A stretch of 22,237 nucleotides of DNA. It comes from Pseudomonadota bacterium. GTDB taxonomy: Bacteria; Bdellovibrionota; FAC87; UBA2466. The translations under genes and the position numbers were made by a program. The notes below the pieces were generated by a model. The model made no database searches and had not been told where the DNA came from. It saw only the letters and a program-made list of their open reading frames with translations. The stretch is from NCBI GenBank assembly GCA_043718025.1, contig JAYSWN010000164.1:1-22237 (forward strand), given 5' to 3'. Shown here one piece after another: positions 1-8,140 of this stretch; positions within the stretch are counted from its first letter, which is position 1, and each line of letters opens with the position of its first letter.

Positions 1-2
1 CG

Positions 3-107
3 CCTGAGCGCGATGCTGGTGTTGGCGGCGTAGATTTTATGCCTCCTCCGCCTAAAGAAGCGGATCTTGGTAATCCCAACTTGCCTAACCCAAACCGACC
101 CGTTTAA
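3..107 (+). CDS. 3' end of a truncated upstream CDS (Pro-rich C-terminal tail)
   Basis: Frame open from the window edge, PERDAGVGGVDFMPPPPKEADLGNPNLPNPNRPV*, stopping at TAA 105-107 just before the next SD. Product not identifiable. Confidence 0.4.
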   Translation, partial: PERDAGVGGVDFMPPPPKEADLGNPNLPNPNRPV

Positions 108-136
108 GGTCTCGTTTTTATTGAGGGAGAAGTATT

Positions 137-331
137 ATGCAGAAGCCCAACAAGTATTTTGATAAGCGGACCATGGACCGTTACGAGAACAAGAGCCTTC
201 TTGATACCAAAGAGGTCGCTTCTTACATGAAGAACCTTCCAGATGAATCCAACAATGCCGAGTGGATTCAAGCCGACGTACATGACACTTTTCTCGGTGA
301 CGAGGGCGACGACTCCGAACGGGGAGCGTAA
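137..331 (+). CDS. Small hypothetical protein (64 aa, acidic C-terminus)
   Basis: SD-like GAGGGAGA upstream. FDKRTMDRY...YMKNLPD resembles small hypothetical proteins I recall from delta-proteobacteria-like genomes (unverified). 3 nt from psd. Confidence 0.7.
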   Translation: MQKPNKYFDKRTMDRYENKSLLDTKEVASYMKNLPDESNNAEWIQADVHDTFLGDEGDDSERGA

Positions 332-334
332 GTC

Positions 335-985
335 TTGAGAAATGAAGGCATGCCGATAGCGCAGGAGGGCGTTCCTTTCCTGCTTGTATTTCTTCTGGCC
401 GCCGTGGCCTTTGCGGTTGGTGGTCTGTGGACGGGAGTTTTCCCGTGCCTGCTCATCGCTGGTTACATAGCTTTTTTCTTTAGAAACCCCGAACGTTTGG
501 CGCCCGTGGGCGCCTCAATGGTCGCTTGCCCGGCTGATGGCAAAGTGATCTACGTTGGTCTAGCGACCGAGTTCGACTTTGCAAAAGTCGAAATGCAAAA
601 AGTTTCCATCTTTATGTCACTTTGGGACGTGCACATTAACCGCTTCCCGGTTGACGGTACGGTAAAGGACATGAAGTACCGAAAGGGCCGCTTTATGGCG
701 GCTTGGGAAGAGGGCGCATCGCAGGAAAATGAGCGCAACGCGCTACTTATTGAAACCAACCATGGGGATCGTTTGGTGGTGGTGCAGGTCGCCGGTCTGG
801 TCGCCCGAAGAATTATCTGCTATCCGACCATTGGGTCTTTCATCTTAAAGGGGCAACGCTTTGGGTTGATTCGGTTTGGCTCTCGGGTCGATGTTTATCT
901 ACCGAAAGACGCCGAAGTTTTGGTGAAAATGGGCGAGAAGACGCTCGGTGGTGAAACCATCTTGGCTAAACTCAAGGATCGGTAA
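335..985 (+). CDS. psd: Phosphatidylserine decarboxylase proenzyme (short, pssA-linked type)
   Basis: Motifs FFRNPER, PADGKV, SIFMS..DVHINRFP, QVAGLVARRI and the self-cleavage motif FGSRVD. TTG start with GGAG 8 nt upstream. Confidence 0.95.
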   Translation: MRNEGMPIAQEGVPFLLVFLLAAVAFAVGGLWTGVFPCLLIAGYIAFFFRNPERLAPVGASMVACPADGKVIYVGLATEFDFAKVEMQKVSIFMSLWDVHINRFPVDGTVKDMKYRKGRFMAAWEEGASQENERNALLIETNHGDRLVVVQVAGLVARRIICYPTIGSFILKGQRFGLIRFGSRVDVYLPKDAEVLVKMGEKTLGGETILAKLKDR

Positions 986-1749
986 TGCCTCCAAAAAGCC
1001 GACACCAGTATATTTTGATCATTCCCAGTCTTTTTACGACCGGTAATCTTTTCTGCGGGTTCTATTCGATTCTCCACTCATTCAACCATCAATTCGACAA
1101 AGCGGCTTACGCCATTTTGTTTGCGGGAATTTTTGATGTGCTAGATGGGCGGGTGGCGCGGATCACCAAAAGCACGAGTCAGTTTGGGCTCGAATACGAT
1201 TCTATCGCCGACGTGGTCTCCTTTGGCGTAGCGCCCGCGGTATTGGTTTTTGTTTGGGCATTGCAACCTTTTGGTCGATTGGGTTGGGCGGGCGCTTTCT
1301 TTTTTGCCGCATGTGGTGCTCTAAGATTGGCCCGTTTCAATTCGATTACCACTGAAATGCCGAAGAGCTATTTTTTGGGTTTGCCTATTCCTGCGGCCGC
1401 CAACTTGGTTGCGGGCGTGGTGATTAGTAGCCATGACATGGGCGTAAACTATCCGGATTCCTTCGTACTTTTCCTGACCTTTGCTTTGGGTCTGCTCATG
1501 GTGAGTAGTATTCGTTACCGCAGTTTTAAAGATTTTGACCTGAGACACCGCCGTAGCTTTATTTTGCTCGTCTTTATGGTGGCCGGCTTGGCGCTCATCG
1601 CAACCCGGCCGGAAGTCACGCTAGTGATGATTTTTGGCTATTACGTGGCCTGGGGCCCAGTTCGTGAGCTGGTATCGTTTGTTCACCGCAGATTTTTCGC
1701 TAAGCACGAAGCCAAAGTGGTAGTAGCTAAAGCCGTTGATAGAGAATAA
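985..1749 (+). CDS. pssA: CDP-diacylglycerol--serine O-phosphatidyltransferase
   Basis: CDP-alcohol phosphatidyltransferase motif DVLDGRVAR...FG..YDSIADVVSFGVAP, plus ALRLARFN and FLGLPIPAAA. TAATG overlap with psd. Confidence 0.95.
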   Translation: MPPKSRHQYILIIPSLFTTGNLFCGFYSILHSFNHQFDKAAYAILFAGIFDVLDGRVARITKSTSQFGLEYDSIADVVSFGVAPAVLVFVWALQPFGRLGWAGAFFFAACGALRLARFNSITTEMPKSYFLGLPIPAAANLVAGVVISSHDMGVNYPDSFVLFLTFALGLLMVSSIRYRSFKDFDLRHRRSFILLVFMVAGLALIATRPEVTLVMIFGYYVAWGPVRELVSFVHRRFFAKHEAKVVVAKAVDRE

Positions 1750-1760
1750 AAGCAGGGCCG

Positions 1761-2849
1761 ATGAAATTTGATCACGTTCAAAAAGTGAAACGTCTTTGCG
1801 TGGTCGGTGCGTCCTCGTTGCTGGGCAAAGAGTTGGTTAGCCTGCTTGAAGAGGTCGAAGTCTCGCCGGAGCATTTGATTAAGTTCTCAAACCCTGATGA
1901 GGCCGATGAACCGGGACTTTCTGAGGATGGTGAACCTATTCCCGTCGTCGAGAATACCAGTTTCTCAGATGTTGACGTGGTGATGTTTGCCTCGCCGACC
2001 GAGGTCACCCGTCGTTTTTTACCGCACGCCCAAGAGGCTGGCTGTTTAGTTTGGGATTTTTCGGGCGCCTTTCGCTCCTTAGAGGGCGTTCCCATGGTGG
2101 TGCCAGGAATTAACGAAAACGAATTGCTTCGTTACGTTGGCCGCGTTGCCAGTGGCCCTTGCTCAGGTGCCGTGCCAATTGCGCTGGCTTTGCAGCCTTT
2201 TCTTAAAACGTTTGGCATCAAAACTGCGGTTATCTCGACTTATCAGCCTGTTTCCGAAATGGGAAATCAGGGGTTTGAAGATCTCTCCTTTCAGTCGGCG
2301 CAGATGCTAAATGGCGCTGACAGCGAAAAAGAGGGACAGTCGCACCCTTTGGCTTTTAACTGCATTCCGTGGATTGGCGAAGGCAATGGCGAAATCGTAG
2401 GCGACGCCGAGGGCGAATCGTCAGAAGAAACCCGCATTCGGCGCGACGTTGATCGTCTGTTGGGTGCCTCGCTTTCGCTTAACGTTACCGCAGTGCGAGT
2501 GCCAACCTTTTATGGCTTTGGCGCGAGCGTATACCTTGAGCTCGACACTCCGTTTCCGGCGCTAGAGCCGGTGCGCGAGTTGATCGAAAAATCTCCGGGA
2601 CTTAAGCTTTTTGACAAACCGGATGCCCAGATTTTTCCAACCAACCGCGAGTGTTCCGGTGCCGATCCCGTATTCATTGGGCGTCTCCGCCAAAGCCCGC
2701 ATCATCCGGCGGCGATCAGCTTTTGGCTCATGGCAGATAACTTGCGGCGTGGCGCGGCACTTAACGCACTAGAGAGTTTGGAATATTGGCTTCGGACTAA
2801 AAACCCCGCACCAGTGCTCGTACATCCCGGATCTCCGCAAGTGCATTAG
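1761..2849 (+). CDS. Aspartate-semialdehyde dehydrogenase-like protein (Usg-like, probably non-catalytic)
   Basis: Asd-fold motifs (VPMVVPGIN, STYQPVS, LAFNCIP, TAVRVP, DNLRRGAALN). The nucleotide-binding loop and catalytic Cys/His positions are altered. Lies directly upstream of truA, like E. coli usg. Confidence 0.85.
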   Translation: MKFDHVQKVKRLCVVGASSLLGKELVSLLEEVEVSPEHLIKFSNPDEADEPGLSEDGEPIPVVENTSFSDVDVVMFASPTEVTRRFLPHAQEAGCLVWDFSGAFRSLEGVPMVVPGINENELLRYVGRVASGPCSGAVPIALALQPFLKTFGIKTAVISTYQPVSEMGNQGFEDLSFQSAQMLNGADSEKEGQSHPLAFNCIPWIGEGNGEIVGDAEGESSEETRIRRDVDRLLGASLSLNVTAVRVPTFYGFGASVYLELDTPFPALEPVRELIEKSPGLKLFDKPDAQIFPTNRECSGADPVFIGRLRQSPHHPAAISFWLMADNLRRGAALNALESLEYWLRTKNPAPVLVHPGSPQVH

Positions 2850-2872
2850 CCAAAGATTTAGGAGATGGATTG

Positions 2873-3637
2873 ATGACCTTTCGTCTACTCATCGAGTACG
2901 ACGGCTACTATTTTAAGGGCTGGCAGCGGCAGATTAACGGCCTTTCAATTCAGGCCACCCTTGAAGACACCATTGCGAAATTAGCCGGCTACCGGGTGGT
3001 AATTTTTGGGGCCAGCCGCACCGATAGTGGCGTTCATGCGAGGGGGCAGGTTGCCCATTTTCGACTCAAAAAAGGCAATCCGATTCCGATCGATCGTTGG
3101 TGCCGCGCTTTAAATTTTTACCTGCCCCGCTATTTGCGGGTCCGTAAAATGGACCTGGTCGATGATTCTTTTATGGCCCAGAAGCGGGTCGTCTCTAAAA
3201 TCTATTCTTACCGCGTCATCAATGGTCCGGTCGGTAGCGCACTCGACACGCGGGTACTGCACTATCCCCGCCGTTTGGATTGGAATGCCTTGCAGGCGGC
3301 GATGCCCTACTTTGTTGGCGAGCATGATTTCAAATCGTTTCAGGCGGCTAAGAGCAACGTGAAGACTTCGGTACGAACCATTTACCGATTTGAGTTGCGT
3401 CGAGAGCGGGATCTGTATGTGTTTCATATCGAGGGAAACGGATTTCTAAAGCAGATGATTCGCAATATTATGGGGACACTGTTTGATGTGGGCGAAGGGC
3501 GACGCGACGCACACTCCATGCCAGAACTGATGGCGAAGTTAGATCGTCGCCTGGCGGGGCGTACTGCGCCGGCTCACGCCTTATGCCTAGAAGCCATCTA
3601 TTATGAGGGCGAGGGTCACGATGTTGAGCAACATTGA
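2873..3637 (+). CDS. truA: tRNA pseudouridine(38-40) synthase
   Basis: YDG..F.GWQRQ, catalytic SRTDSGVHA, GEHDF, GNGFLKQMIRNIMG and TAPAHAL. ATG 2873 chosen because AGGAG lies at 2860-2864. Confidence 0.96.
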   Translation: MTFRLLIEYDGYYFKGWQRQINGLSIQATLEDTIAKLAGYRVVIFGASRTDSGVHARGQVAHFRLKKGNPIPIDRWCRALNFYLPRYLRVRKMDLVDDSFMAQKRVVSKIYSYRVINGPVGSALDTRVLHYPRRLDWNALQAAMPYFVGEHDFKSFQAAKSNVKTSVRTIYRFELRRERDLYVFHIEGNGFLKQMIRNIMGTLFDVGEGRRDAHSMPELMAKLDRRLAGRTAPAHALCLEAIYYEGEGHDVEQH

Positions 3638-4529
3638 AGAGTCAGAAAATATCTCGCTCGCCTGGTACCTGATTGCGGCGATGCTGTTTCACGCGGTGCT
3701 CTGGCGAAGCGTTCAGTTTGTTGTGCCGTCGCTAAAATTGCCTTCATTTCTTGCCGCTAACCGTACGCCGGCCCCCATCGAGATAGAGAATTTGGATGAG
3801 CTCACAAAGCGCCAAGTGGTGAAAACCGATGCCGTAGAGTTCGATAAGAAACTGTTAAATAAAAAGGCCCGCTTTGCGGGTGAAATTGATAACCGCGTTG
3901 AAAAAGAGAGCGTGAGTCCGACCACCGGAAAATTCTTACCTGGCGGCATTGCCTTACGGCGTGGTCAAAGCGCGGCCCAAGCGCAGCCGGAAGCAAAAGC
4001 AAAAGAGATGGTGGGCACCCCAAATGGCGATATTCCGCAGTCTGATCTTAGCCAGTGGCGTCGCTCCGATGAAATCGGCATGTCCGACTTAATGGCCTAC
4101 GGGGCCAGCCCTTACAAACTGCCGTCTGACGTGGCCGAGGGGGCCAATACGGTCTTGAATACCGATGGAGTCACCTACGCTTCGTACATCAATCGTATCG
4201 CCGATGAGATCTATGGTCCGTGGGTCGAGAATGCGCAGTCGGCGTCGCGTCAACTAATGGACCAGAAGCGAAATTTGGATGAAAGCACCTACGTGACAAA
4301 GCTTGGCGTTACGCTAAGCGAAACCGGGAGTGTGCTGGGAATTCAAACCATTAAGAGCTCGGGCATTGAGCTTTTTGACGAGGCTTCTAAAAAAGCATTT
4401 TGGGCGGCTGAACCATTCCCCAATCCGCCCGCGCAGCTTTTTAGCAAAGAGCGACGGATTCATTTAGTTTACGAATTTCACTTCGAGTGGAAGAGTTCGT
4501 TTTTCAGTGTTTTTCCGCGGCGGATCTAA
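3621..4529 (+). CDS. Membrane-anchored protein with TonB/TolA-like C-terminal domain
   Basis: N-terminal TM helix with a His (AAMLFHAVLW), a long linker and a C-terminal YASYINRI...W...SSG...FDEAS..AF..AEPFPNPP. ATG 3621 is preceded by GAGGG (3603 is an alternative start). Overlaps the truA end. Confidence 0.8.
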   Translation: MLSNIEESENISLAWYLIAAMLFHAVLWRSVQFVVPSLKLPSFLAANRTPAPIEIENLDELTKRQVVKTDAVEFDKKLLNKKARFAGEIDNRVEKESVSPTTGKFLPGGIALRRGQSAAQAQPEAKAKEMVGTPNGDIPQSDLSQWRRSDEIGMSDLMAYGASPYKLPSDVAEGANTVLNTDGVTYASYINRIADEIYGPWVENAQSASRQLMDQKRNLDESTYVTKLGVTLSETGSVLGIQTIKSSGIELFDEASKKAFWAAEPFPNPPAQLFSKERRIHLVYEFHFEWKSSFFSVFPRRI

Positions 4530-4533
4530 TTTT

Positions 4534-4974
4534 TTAAGATTTAAAGGCGAATCCGCAGCCCACATCTTTGCGCACCAGAGTACGATCTTTGATATCGGTG
4601 GGAGTGATGGGAAAGAGCCGGCAAACCTCAGGACGATCTTCGTACTCACCGCACAATTGAGTCGTGGGGTTCCAAATAGGACATTGAAACATTAAATTGC
4701 AGCTCGCTCCGCAACTAGTACAGCCGCCGCTCAAGCCATGTTTTTTTTGCAGTCGGTAAGCTAGAGGCGGGTAGAGGCTGATAAAACTACGACGGGCTTT
4801 ACCGCGAATTTGCTGCCGCCCTTCGGCAGAAAACAGGCCGCGCTTGGTCAGTAGTAGCGGGATAAAAACGCCGCAGATCCTGGCGATCACAAAAAAACGG
4901 CGCACCATTGAAAATTTTTTAAGCCATGAGTCCAATTGGGCTCCTGATCTTTCCGTGATTGCCGCGTCTTCCAT
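4534..4974 (-). CDS. YkgJ/CxxCxxCC-like cysteine-cluster (Zn or Fe-S) protein
   Basis: CTSCGASC...CPIW......CGEYEDRPEVCRLFP...CGF pattern, with an N-terminal hydrophobic stretch. Confidence 0.75.
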   Translation of the reverse strand: MEDAAITERSGAQLDSWLKKFSMVRRFFVIARICGVFIPLLLTKRGLFSAEGRQQIRGKARRSFISLYPPLAYRLQKKHGLSGGCTSCGASCNLMFQCPIWNPTTQLCGEYEDRPEVCRLFPITPTDIKDRTLVRKDVGCGFAFKS

Positions 4975-5052
4975 GCCTAACCCTTTGCGTGTTGTGGGAG
5001 GGGCCCAAAAGTAGAGGTTTTACCACCGCTTACCGCAAAGCGCTACGCTGAA

Positions 5053-5066
5053 ACTGTATCAAAATT
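5053..5066 (-). promoter_or_regulatory. Putative extended -10 promoter (TG-A-TACAGT) for the YkgJ-like gene
   Basis: Minus strand reads AATTTTGATACAGT about 80 nt upstream of ATG 4974. The same 12-mer occurs upstream of the AI-2E gene. Confidence 0.45.
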
Positions 5067-5099
5067 CATCAATGAAAACGTTAAGATCCTGTTATTTTT

Positions 5100-6143
5100 C
5101 TACCTTTTCGAATCCCCTAGCTCAGACGTAAGAATATTTAGAAATGACAGAAACACTGCGGCTATAATCGGCCCCAGAAAGATTCCCGGTGGGCCCATCC
5201 ATACCGTAGCTCCGAGGGCGCTGATCAAGGCGAGCAAGGGGTGCATTTCGCTGGCCCCTTTTAAAATCCAAGATCGCACTACGTTGTCGATGGTGGCAAT
5301 GCCCATCGCCCCCAAAACTAAAACAAAAGCGCCGAGTTTTTCTCCGGTAAAGAAGAGGTAAGCGATGCCGCCCAAGGTGACCGGAGCCGTTCCCACTACG
5401 GGCACCATCCCCATAAAAACACCGAGGGTTCCGAATAAAATGGCGTTGGGTACGCGGGCCAGCGCAAAGAAAAAAAGAATCAAAAGGCCTTGAATCGCTG
5501 CACTGGCAAAGAGTCCCAGCACCACCCCGCGGCAACTATTTTGAAAGGCGTTAAAGAGTTGCGTCGATTTCTGGCGCCCCATCGGCGAGAGAGTCGATAA
5601 AAATTTTAGAAAGCGGGAGCCGTCGACCAGGAAAAAATAGAAACTTACGATCATGATGAAGAAGTTAAGAACCAGTCCCGGCATGCCCGCCAGAAATACC
5701 CCTACCCAAGTTGAAACGTGGCTGATTACCGACTCAAATAGATCCCCGAGTTGACCTTGAAGCCACTCGCGATCTAGCGGCGCAAAGCGCGACACCGAGA
5801 CAATCGCTTTTCTCACTACGGGGTGAGCTAAAATTTCATCGCCGCTCGTGGTCGGAATTTTCATCTTTTTTAGCGCGGCCGAGATCTGGTGGGAGCCTTT
5901 AATCAAAAGAAAAACGATGGGAACAATTACCCCTGAAGTCACGCCCACGGTGACTATTCCCGCCGAAGCAGTGGGCGGTAGCTTTTTATTGAGCCGGTTA
6001 AAAGTGGGGTAGCTGAGCAGGGCGATCATGGCGCCAAGCAAAATCGGAATGAAAAAAGGCATCATCATAAAACAAAAGAGGGAGGCAAGGATGAGCCCCA
6101 GGAGAAGCTGCATGCCCCATCGCCAGTTATTTTGTGATTCCAT
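5100..6143 (-). CDS. AI-2E (PerM/UPF0118) family transporter
   Basis: Multi-TM protein with FYFFLVDG, VPVVGT, IDNVVR and MHPLL..ISALG....GPPGIFLGPII. Start moved to MESQ (6143) because the track's 6278 start overlaps the divergent gene. Confidence 0.9.
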   Translation of the reverse strand: MESQNNWRWGMQLLLGLILASLFCFMMMPFFIPILLGAMIALLSYPTFNRLNKKLPPTASAGIVTVGVTSGVIVPIVFLLIKGSHQISAALKKMKIPTTSGDEILAHPVVRKAIVSVSRFAPLDREWLQGQLGDLFESVISHVSTWVGVFLAGMPGLVLNFFIMIVSFYFFLVDGSRFLKFLSTLSPMGRQKSTQLFNAFQNSCRGVVLGLFASAAIQGLLILFFFALARVPNAILFGTLGVFMGMVPVVGTAPVTLGGIAYLFFTGEKLGAFVLVLGAMGIATIDNVVRSWILKGASEMHPLLALISALGATVWMGPPGIFLGPIIAAVFLSFLNILTSELGDSKR

Positions 6144-6150
6144 GGCGGTG

Positions 6151-6213
6151 ATTGTATCAAAATTTTGCATGTCACATAAGCGGCTAATCGTGGCGCAGGG
6201 ATAGCGGTATACT
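6151..6213. promoter_or_regulatory. Divergent -10 elements (TG-A-TACAAT on minus, TATACT on plus), leaderless-type spacing
   Basis: Minus-strand TACAAT at 6151-6156 is 7 nt before ATG 6143. Plus-strand TATACT at 6208-6213 is 6 nt before ATG 6220. Neither ATG has an SD. Confidence 0.55.
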
Positions 6214-6219
6214 TTACCC

Positions 6220-7707
6220 ATGCGCCCTTTTTTCTGGTCCGTGACCATGTTCTCGGCATTCACGTTTTCATCGCCCACCTTTACACAGCAGGTCTCTAGT
6301 GACGTTTCGGCTCACTCCCCGATTTACGAAAAAATTGATGAGCTTGAGGCGTTGGGTTGCGGTTATTTTACGTATCGCTTGTTTCGTCCTCAAACCTACT
6401 TCGATCTGCGCAGTACGGTAGACATCACCGAAGATCCTGAAGGCGGTCAGGTTTGCAGCATTCCCCGTTGGCTACGAAAAGAAAAACAGATCTTAATGCT
6501 ACGTCCGGGCCAAACTCCGAAGGTGAGCTTTTCGCTGCTTTTACTTCCCGACGAGATTGTTTCGTTGCCGGGGCATGAGGCTACTGTGGCGCCTTCGTTT
6601 CCGCTGTGGGATCGTCGGGCCATCGGCGCGGGGGTGATGAGCTACCTTGATTTCAGCATCCATGCTCAAACCGGCGGGCCTAACGTTGCCTTTGCCTTCG
6701 GTGTAACCCCAAGTGTTGGGGTAAGCAGTACGGCGGGGTTGGGGACCGGCGCGCGGTTTTATTTGTACGAGGCGTACGCTAAAGCCACTTACAAATGGGC
6801 TGAGCTGGAAATTGCAAAAAAGAGTTTGCAATTCGGCAACGCCGCCCACGGAAATCTCTTATTGTCCGGAGCCACGGCCCCCATCACCTTTGCGCGCCTT
6901 GGGATTCGTCCTCATTTGCTTGGAGTGCCACTGGGCTTTTTGGGTCCCACCACGTTGCAAACTTTTGTATCGGCCGATACGGGCAGTGTCGTTACTGCGG
7001 GCGCCCACCTTTTGGGCATTCATCTGGGATTCAGACCCACGCCCTGGTTTGAATTTGGTCTGCTGCAGCTCTATCAATTTGGCGGCCCCGATGCCGCCGG
7101 GTTGCACGCCTTAGACATTTTAAAAATGCTGGTGCACTTAAGCGACGATGATCTCGATCAACGGCGGCAACAACAACTGGCGGCTCATTTTGGCTTTCAC
7201 CTTATTCCTTCGGTGCAGCTCTATTTTCAAATTGCGTTCGAACGACTCGGTCCATCGAACGCATGGTTTGCCAATGACGTTAGTTGGCTTGCCGGCCTGT
7301 GGGTCGCCAATTTGGGCAAGTTAGGCCTTCGTTTCGAGTATGCTCAGACCACCCCGTCAGCGTATCAATCGCCACGTTGGAAATCTGGTCTAGTATACGA
7401 GGGCACACCAATCGGTCATCCGCTGGGGCCCGATGCCGAAGGCTTTTATGCCGATCTACATTTTCCGGATATCAAAGAGTTTCGCCCTTCGCTCGGCGGT
7501 TTTTATGAACGGCGATGGCGTCACGCGGACATTGGCTTTGGAACGGAGTCTAGAACGGGGGCGGCAATCACATTGGCCAAGCGCTGGATTAAGACTGAAT
7601 TTGCCTTGGTGGCCAAGCTCGCCCGTGTAGAGAACGTAAAATACAAATTGGGCGGGGCTACCGAAGTTGCCGCCGCCCAATTCAATTTGCGATACTATTT
7701 TCTGTAA
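6220..7707 (+). CDS. Capsule assembly Wzi-family outer-membrane protein
   Basis: Signal-like N-terminus, PIYEKIDELEALG helix, GNLLLSG..AP, RPTPWFEFGL, YEGTPIGHPLGPDA and an aromatic C-terminal strand (FNLRYYFL). Confidence 0.75.
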   Translation: MRPFFWSVTMFSAFTFSSPTFTQQVSSDVSAHSPIYEKIDELEALGCGYFTYRLFRPQTYFDLRSTVDITEDPEGGQVCSIPRWLRKEKQILMLRPGQTPKVSFSLLLLPDEIVSLPGHEATVAPSFPLWDRRAIGAGVMSYLDFSIHAQTGGPNVAFAFGVTPSVGVSSTAGLGTGARFYLYEAYAKATYKWAELEIAKKSLQFGNAAHGNLLLSGATAPITFARLGIRPHLLGVPLGFLGPTTLQTFVSADTGSVVTAGAHLLGIHLGFRPTPWFEFGLLQLYQFGGPDAAGLHALDILKMLVHLSDDDLDQRRQQQLAAHFGFHLIPSVQLYFQIAFERLGPSNAWFANDVSWLAGLWVANLGKLGLRFEYAQTTPSAYQSPRWKSGLVYEGTPIGHPLGPDAEGFYADLHFPDIKEFRPSLGGFYERRWRHADIGFGTESRTGAAITLAKRWIKTEFALVAKLARVENVKYKLGGATEVAAAQFNLRYYFL

Positions 7708-7710
7708 GCC

Positions 7711-7729
7711 CTTAAGGAATTTCCTTAAG
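7711..7729. repeat. Perfect palindrome between convergent wzi-like and rpsI genes (possible bidirectional terminator)
   Basis: CTTAAGGAA-T-TTCCTTAAG, 9-bp arms, no U-tract. Confidence 0.5.
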
Positions 7730-7747
7730 AGGTTCTCGAAAGCGCTA

Positions 7748-8140
7748 TTAACGTTTGGAGAACTGGAATTTCTTACGCGCGCCTTTTTGGCCGTATTTCT
7801 TACGTTCCTTCATGCGGGAATCGCGGGTAAGTAACCCTTCCTTTTTTAAAACCTTACGAAAGTCTGGGTCGATCTTAAGAAGAGCGCGGCTAATGCCGTG
7901 ACTCATCGCGCCAGCTTGCGCGGCGATTCCGCCTCCATCTACCAAACCATAAACTGTGTAATTTTTAAGTTTTTCGGTGAGTACCAAGGGTTTAGCGACA
8001 ACCGCTCGAAGCACTTCTCCGGGAAAATACTGCTCCAGCGTGCGCTCATTTACATGAATGTCGCCTTCGCCAGGCACCAAACGGATACGGGCAATTGCTG
8101 TTTTGCGACGTCCCGTTGCTTGAATCATTTCCGTTGCCAT
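7748..8140 (-). CDS. rpsI: 30S ribosomal protein S9
   Basis: [26 protein letters not shown] and [28 protein letters not shown]. Confidence 0.99.
   Translation of the reverse strand: MATEMIQATGRRKTAIARIRLVPGEGDIHVNERTLEQYFPGEVLRAVVAKPLVLTEKLKNYTVYGLVDGGGIAAQAGAMSHGISRALLKIDPDFRKVLKKEGLLTRDSRMKERKKYGQKGARKKFQFSKR

Noticed and set aside
1761..2849. Annotating this gene as a functional asd
   Set aside because: The catalytic Cys/His positions and the nucleotide-binding loop are substituted.
6144..6278. N-terminal extension of the AI-2E transporter in the ORF track
   Set aside because: It overlaps the divergent Wzi-like gene and promoter-like sequence. The start at 6143 fits better.
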